This document shows, piece by piece, positions 62,283-64,000 of a DNA stretch of 64,000 nucleotides. The notes beneath the pieces are model-generated. The model ran no database searches. It saw only the letters and a list, made by a program, of their open reading frames with translations, and was not told where the DNA came from. The DNA comes from an uncultured cyanobacterium (lineage in GTDB: Bacteria; Cyanobacteriota; Cyanobacteriia; Cyanobacteriales; CAWCAG01): positions 992,001-1,056,000 of the forward strand of contig CAWCAG010000009.1 of the NCBI GenBank assembly GCA_963793425.1, given 5' to 3'. How positions within the stretch are numbered: position 1 is the first letter of the stretch; each line of letters begins with the position of its first letter. A program made the position numbers and the translations under genes.

Positions 62283-62813
62283 TCAACCTTGCTTGGGGAT
62301 GACTGTTAATCTCGTGATTTCTGAGGAATCAAGTCTAAATTCTATTTCCTCAATCAAATAGTGATCTGCTTCACCTTCCGAAGGATTAAAAAGTTTTTTC
62401 ACTGCTTCTCGCTTTAACTTTGCCCCCTCTCCTATCGCATTAAGGGGTAACTCAGTAATTGGTTTAACTGCCCAAGTTTCTTTCCCATCGCGAATAGTTC
62501 CTGTGTCACTTTCAGGAATATTTTCCTCTGTAAAAGTTAACTTCTCAATATTAGCCATAGCCACCACTTCAGAAATACCATTGGATTCTAGGGTGATATT
62601 TTCTTGTCCTTCATTAATGTTGCTTAATTGCCCAGCTTTCCTATTACCATCTTTGAGTTCCACTGTAGCAACAGGGGGTAAAGTAATACAGACTATTTCC
62701 TCAGTTGCCTGACACTGGGATTGAGGGTTTTCTTGGGTTTCGCTACTACAACCGCTTAAGCTAATCAAGGTAAGCAATAAGGTGGCTATCCATCCTGAGT
62801 AAACAGTTTTCAT
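62283..62813 (-). CDS. Hypothetical lipoprotein
   Basis: Lipobox LSGC after a hydrophobic signal. Confidence 0.7.
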   Translation of the reverse strand: MKTVYSGWIATLLLTLISLSGCSSETQENPQSQCQATEEIVCITLPPVATVELKDGNRKAGQLSNINEGQENITLESNGISEVVAMANIEKLTFTEENIPESDTGTIRDGKETWAVKPITELPLNAIGEGAKLKREAVKKLFNPSEGEADHYLIEEIEFRLDSSEITRLTVIPKQG

Positions 62814-63235
62814 CTTACTTAATCTCTAAAATTCAAGTATAAATAAAAACTTAATACAGGCTTAGTAATGGTTTCAGGTTAATTTATGAATATGTTTAGC
62901 AATCAATAGTGAATCTTTCTTTTAGTTAATCTGTAGGTAGAATTAGTTTTATTGGGGGACTAAGCCCCCCAAACCCCCCAGCAGGGAAACAACTGTTTCC
63001 CCACACCCCTTCCTAACCGCTTCGCTCTTTCGTTGGTTATATTTAACTGACTAATTTTGAGTTGGCCTATCGTCGGAAATAGACCTCGTGGTAGGGCGTA
63101 TCTATATTTGGGATCGTTGTTTAAGAAGTTACTTGCCACTGGCACAGAGGAAATAGCTTGATTCAATAGACTCAGAATTAGCAATGATAAAATATTATTC
63201 AGTTCTAACCCTTTTGAGTAAATAATTTCTGAGTT

Positions 63236-64000
63236 GTGTCAAACTCCAACCAAAACACTATCCTGGGTAAATTTGCAAGCGTTGTTGCTCTTTTAGGTAG
63301 CGCTCTTTATTTTACAGGCTGGATTTATCGTTGGTCTTACTTTGGCTTTTTTCAACTGGAAGTTACTACCCTCAACTTTCCCTTTGAGTCGTTTCTCTTT
63401 GTTCCTCTCCAGGTATTTTTAGGTAGCTTTGCACCAAATAACCTGGGTAAAGCGATTCTGCAAACTCTCTTTACTATTGCAGTTACTTTAATTATTATTC
63501 AAATCACCGTCAGTCTTTTGCAACTAATCAGCTTAACTATCACTGCCACCCTCAATTGGTTAACTCAAAAGTTAAGAAAAAGGCTGCAAACTTGGCGAAA
63601 TCAAAAACCTTTTACCTACAAAACTCGTTCTCTAATTAACTCAGTTTTAATCCAACTCAATCGCCACCGCTTCACTCCCCTAAAAATCCGCCACACTCTC
63701 TTTTATGAACTAATCATCGTCCTCCATATCATCATCGCCCTCTTTTTCCTCGCCAGACACCAAGGCATCGTAGATGCTAGACAAGATGCGGGGATAAACT
63801 CTAGCCTCTCTGCTGTTACCCTAGTTATCCCGGAAAACAAACTAGGTTTTGGCCAAAAACAAAGTAGTTTAGATCAGCCCACAGGGTTGCAAATAATCGG
63901 CGATCGCCAACGTTATGAGGACATAGTTAAAAGCCCAACCAATGACCCCAACAATCAAAGAGTGTGGCGCATTGTTATTGATCAAGGAGGTTACTTTTAC
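63236..64000 (+). CDS. Hypothetical membrane protein, 3'-truncated by window edge
   Basis: Open from GTG 63236 to the end (255 codons): SNSNQNTILGKFASVVALLGSALYFTGWIYRWSYFGFF...; not in the ORF track. Confidence 0.75.
   Translation, partial: MSNSNQNTILGKFASVVALLGSALYFTGWIYRWSYFGFFQLEVTTLNFPFESFLFVPLQVFLGSFAPNNLGKAILQTLFTIAVTLIIIQITVSLLQLISLTITATLNWLTQKLRKRLQTWRNQKPFTYKTRSLINSVLIQLNRHRFTPLKIRHTLFYELIIVLHIIIALFFLARHQGIVDARQDAGINSSLSAVTLVIPENKLGFGQKQSSLDQPTGLQIIGDRQRYEDIVKSPTNDPNNQRVWRIVIDQGGYFY

Noticed and set aside
62960..63184. 74-aa minus-strand ORF
   Set aside because: It ends in a GC-rich palindromic, repeat-like stretch with no motifs and is probably non-coding

Overview
A 64-kb chromosomal window from a cyanobacterium. 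Supporting evidence is psbA, psbU, gifA, about 30 HIP1 GCGATCGC octamers, heptameric STRR repeats and NtcA/HLR1 motifs. Most of it is housekeeping genes (rsmB, recR, cysK, 1-Cys Prx, sufA/iscA, M16 and M48 peptidases, nadC, psbU, psbA, gyrA-like, panD) plus tRNA-Leu(CAA), a guanidine-I riboswitch ahead of guanidine hydrolase, IS200/IS605 and IS701-like remnants, MITE/REP-like elements and several broken genes. The most interesting leads are: (1) a dispersed tail-collar / DUF6916-like / GNAT module whose members sit next to the two halves of a MacAB-type exporter and a PEP-CTERM gene, and which one inversion would reunite into an operon; (2) a NERD nuclease-SF1 helicase-pentapeptide fusion; (3) an unannotated ~55-nt sRNA with its own promoter and terminator; (4) a TPR-CHAT caspase-like protein with an inserted membrane hairpin, next to an internally duplicated protein and a 21/42-bp repeat array; (5) an M48 protease whose stop codon lies inside tRNA-Leu, and a paralogue with RELGH in place of HExxH. 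Several frameshifts may be sequencing errors. Family assignments come from motif recognition only; no searches were run.
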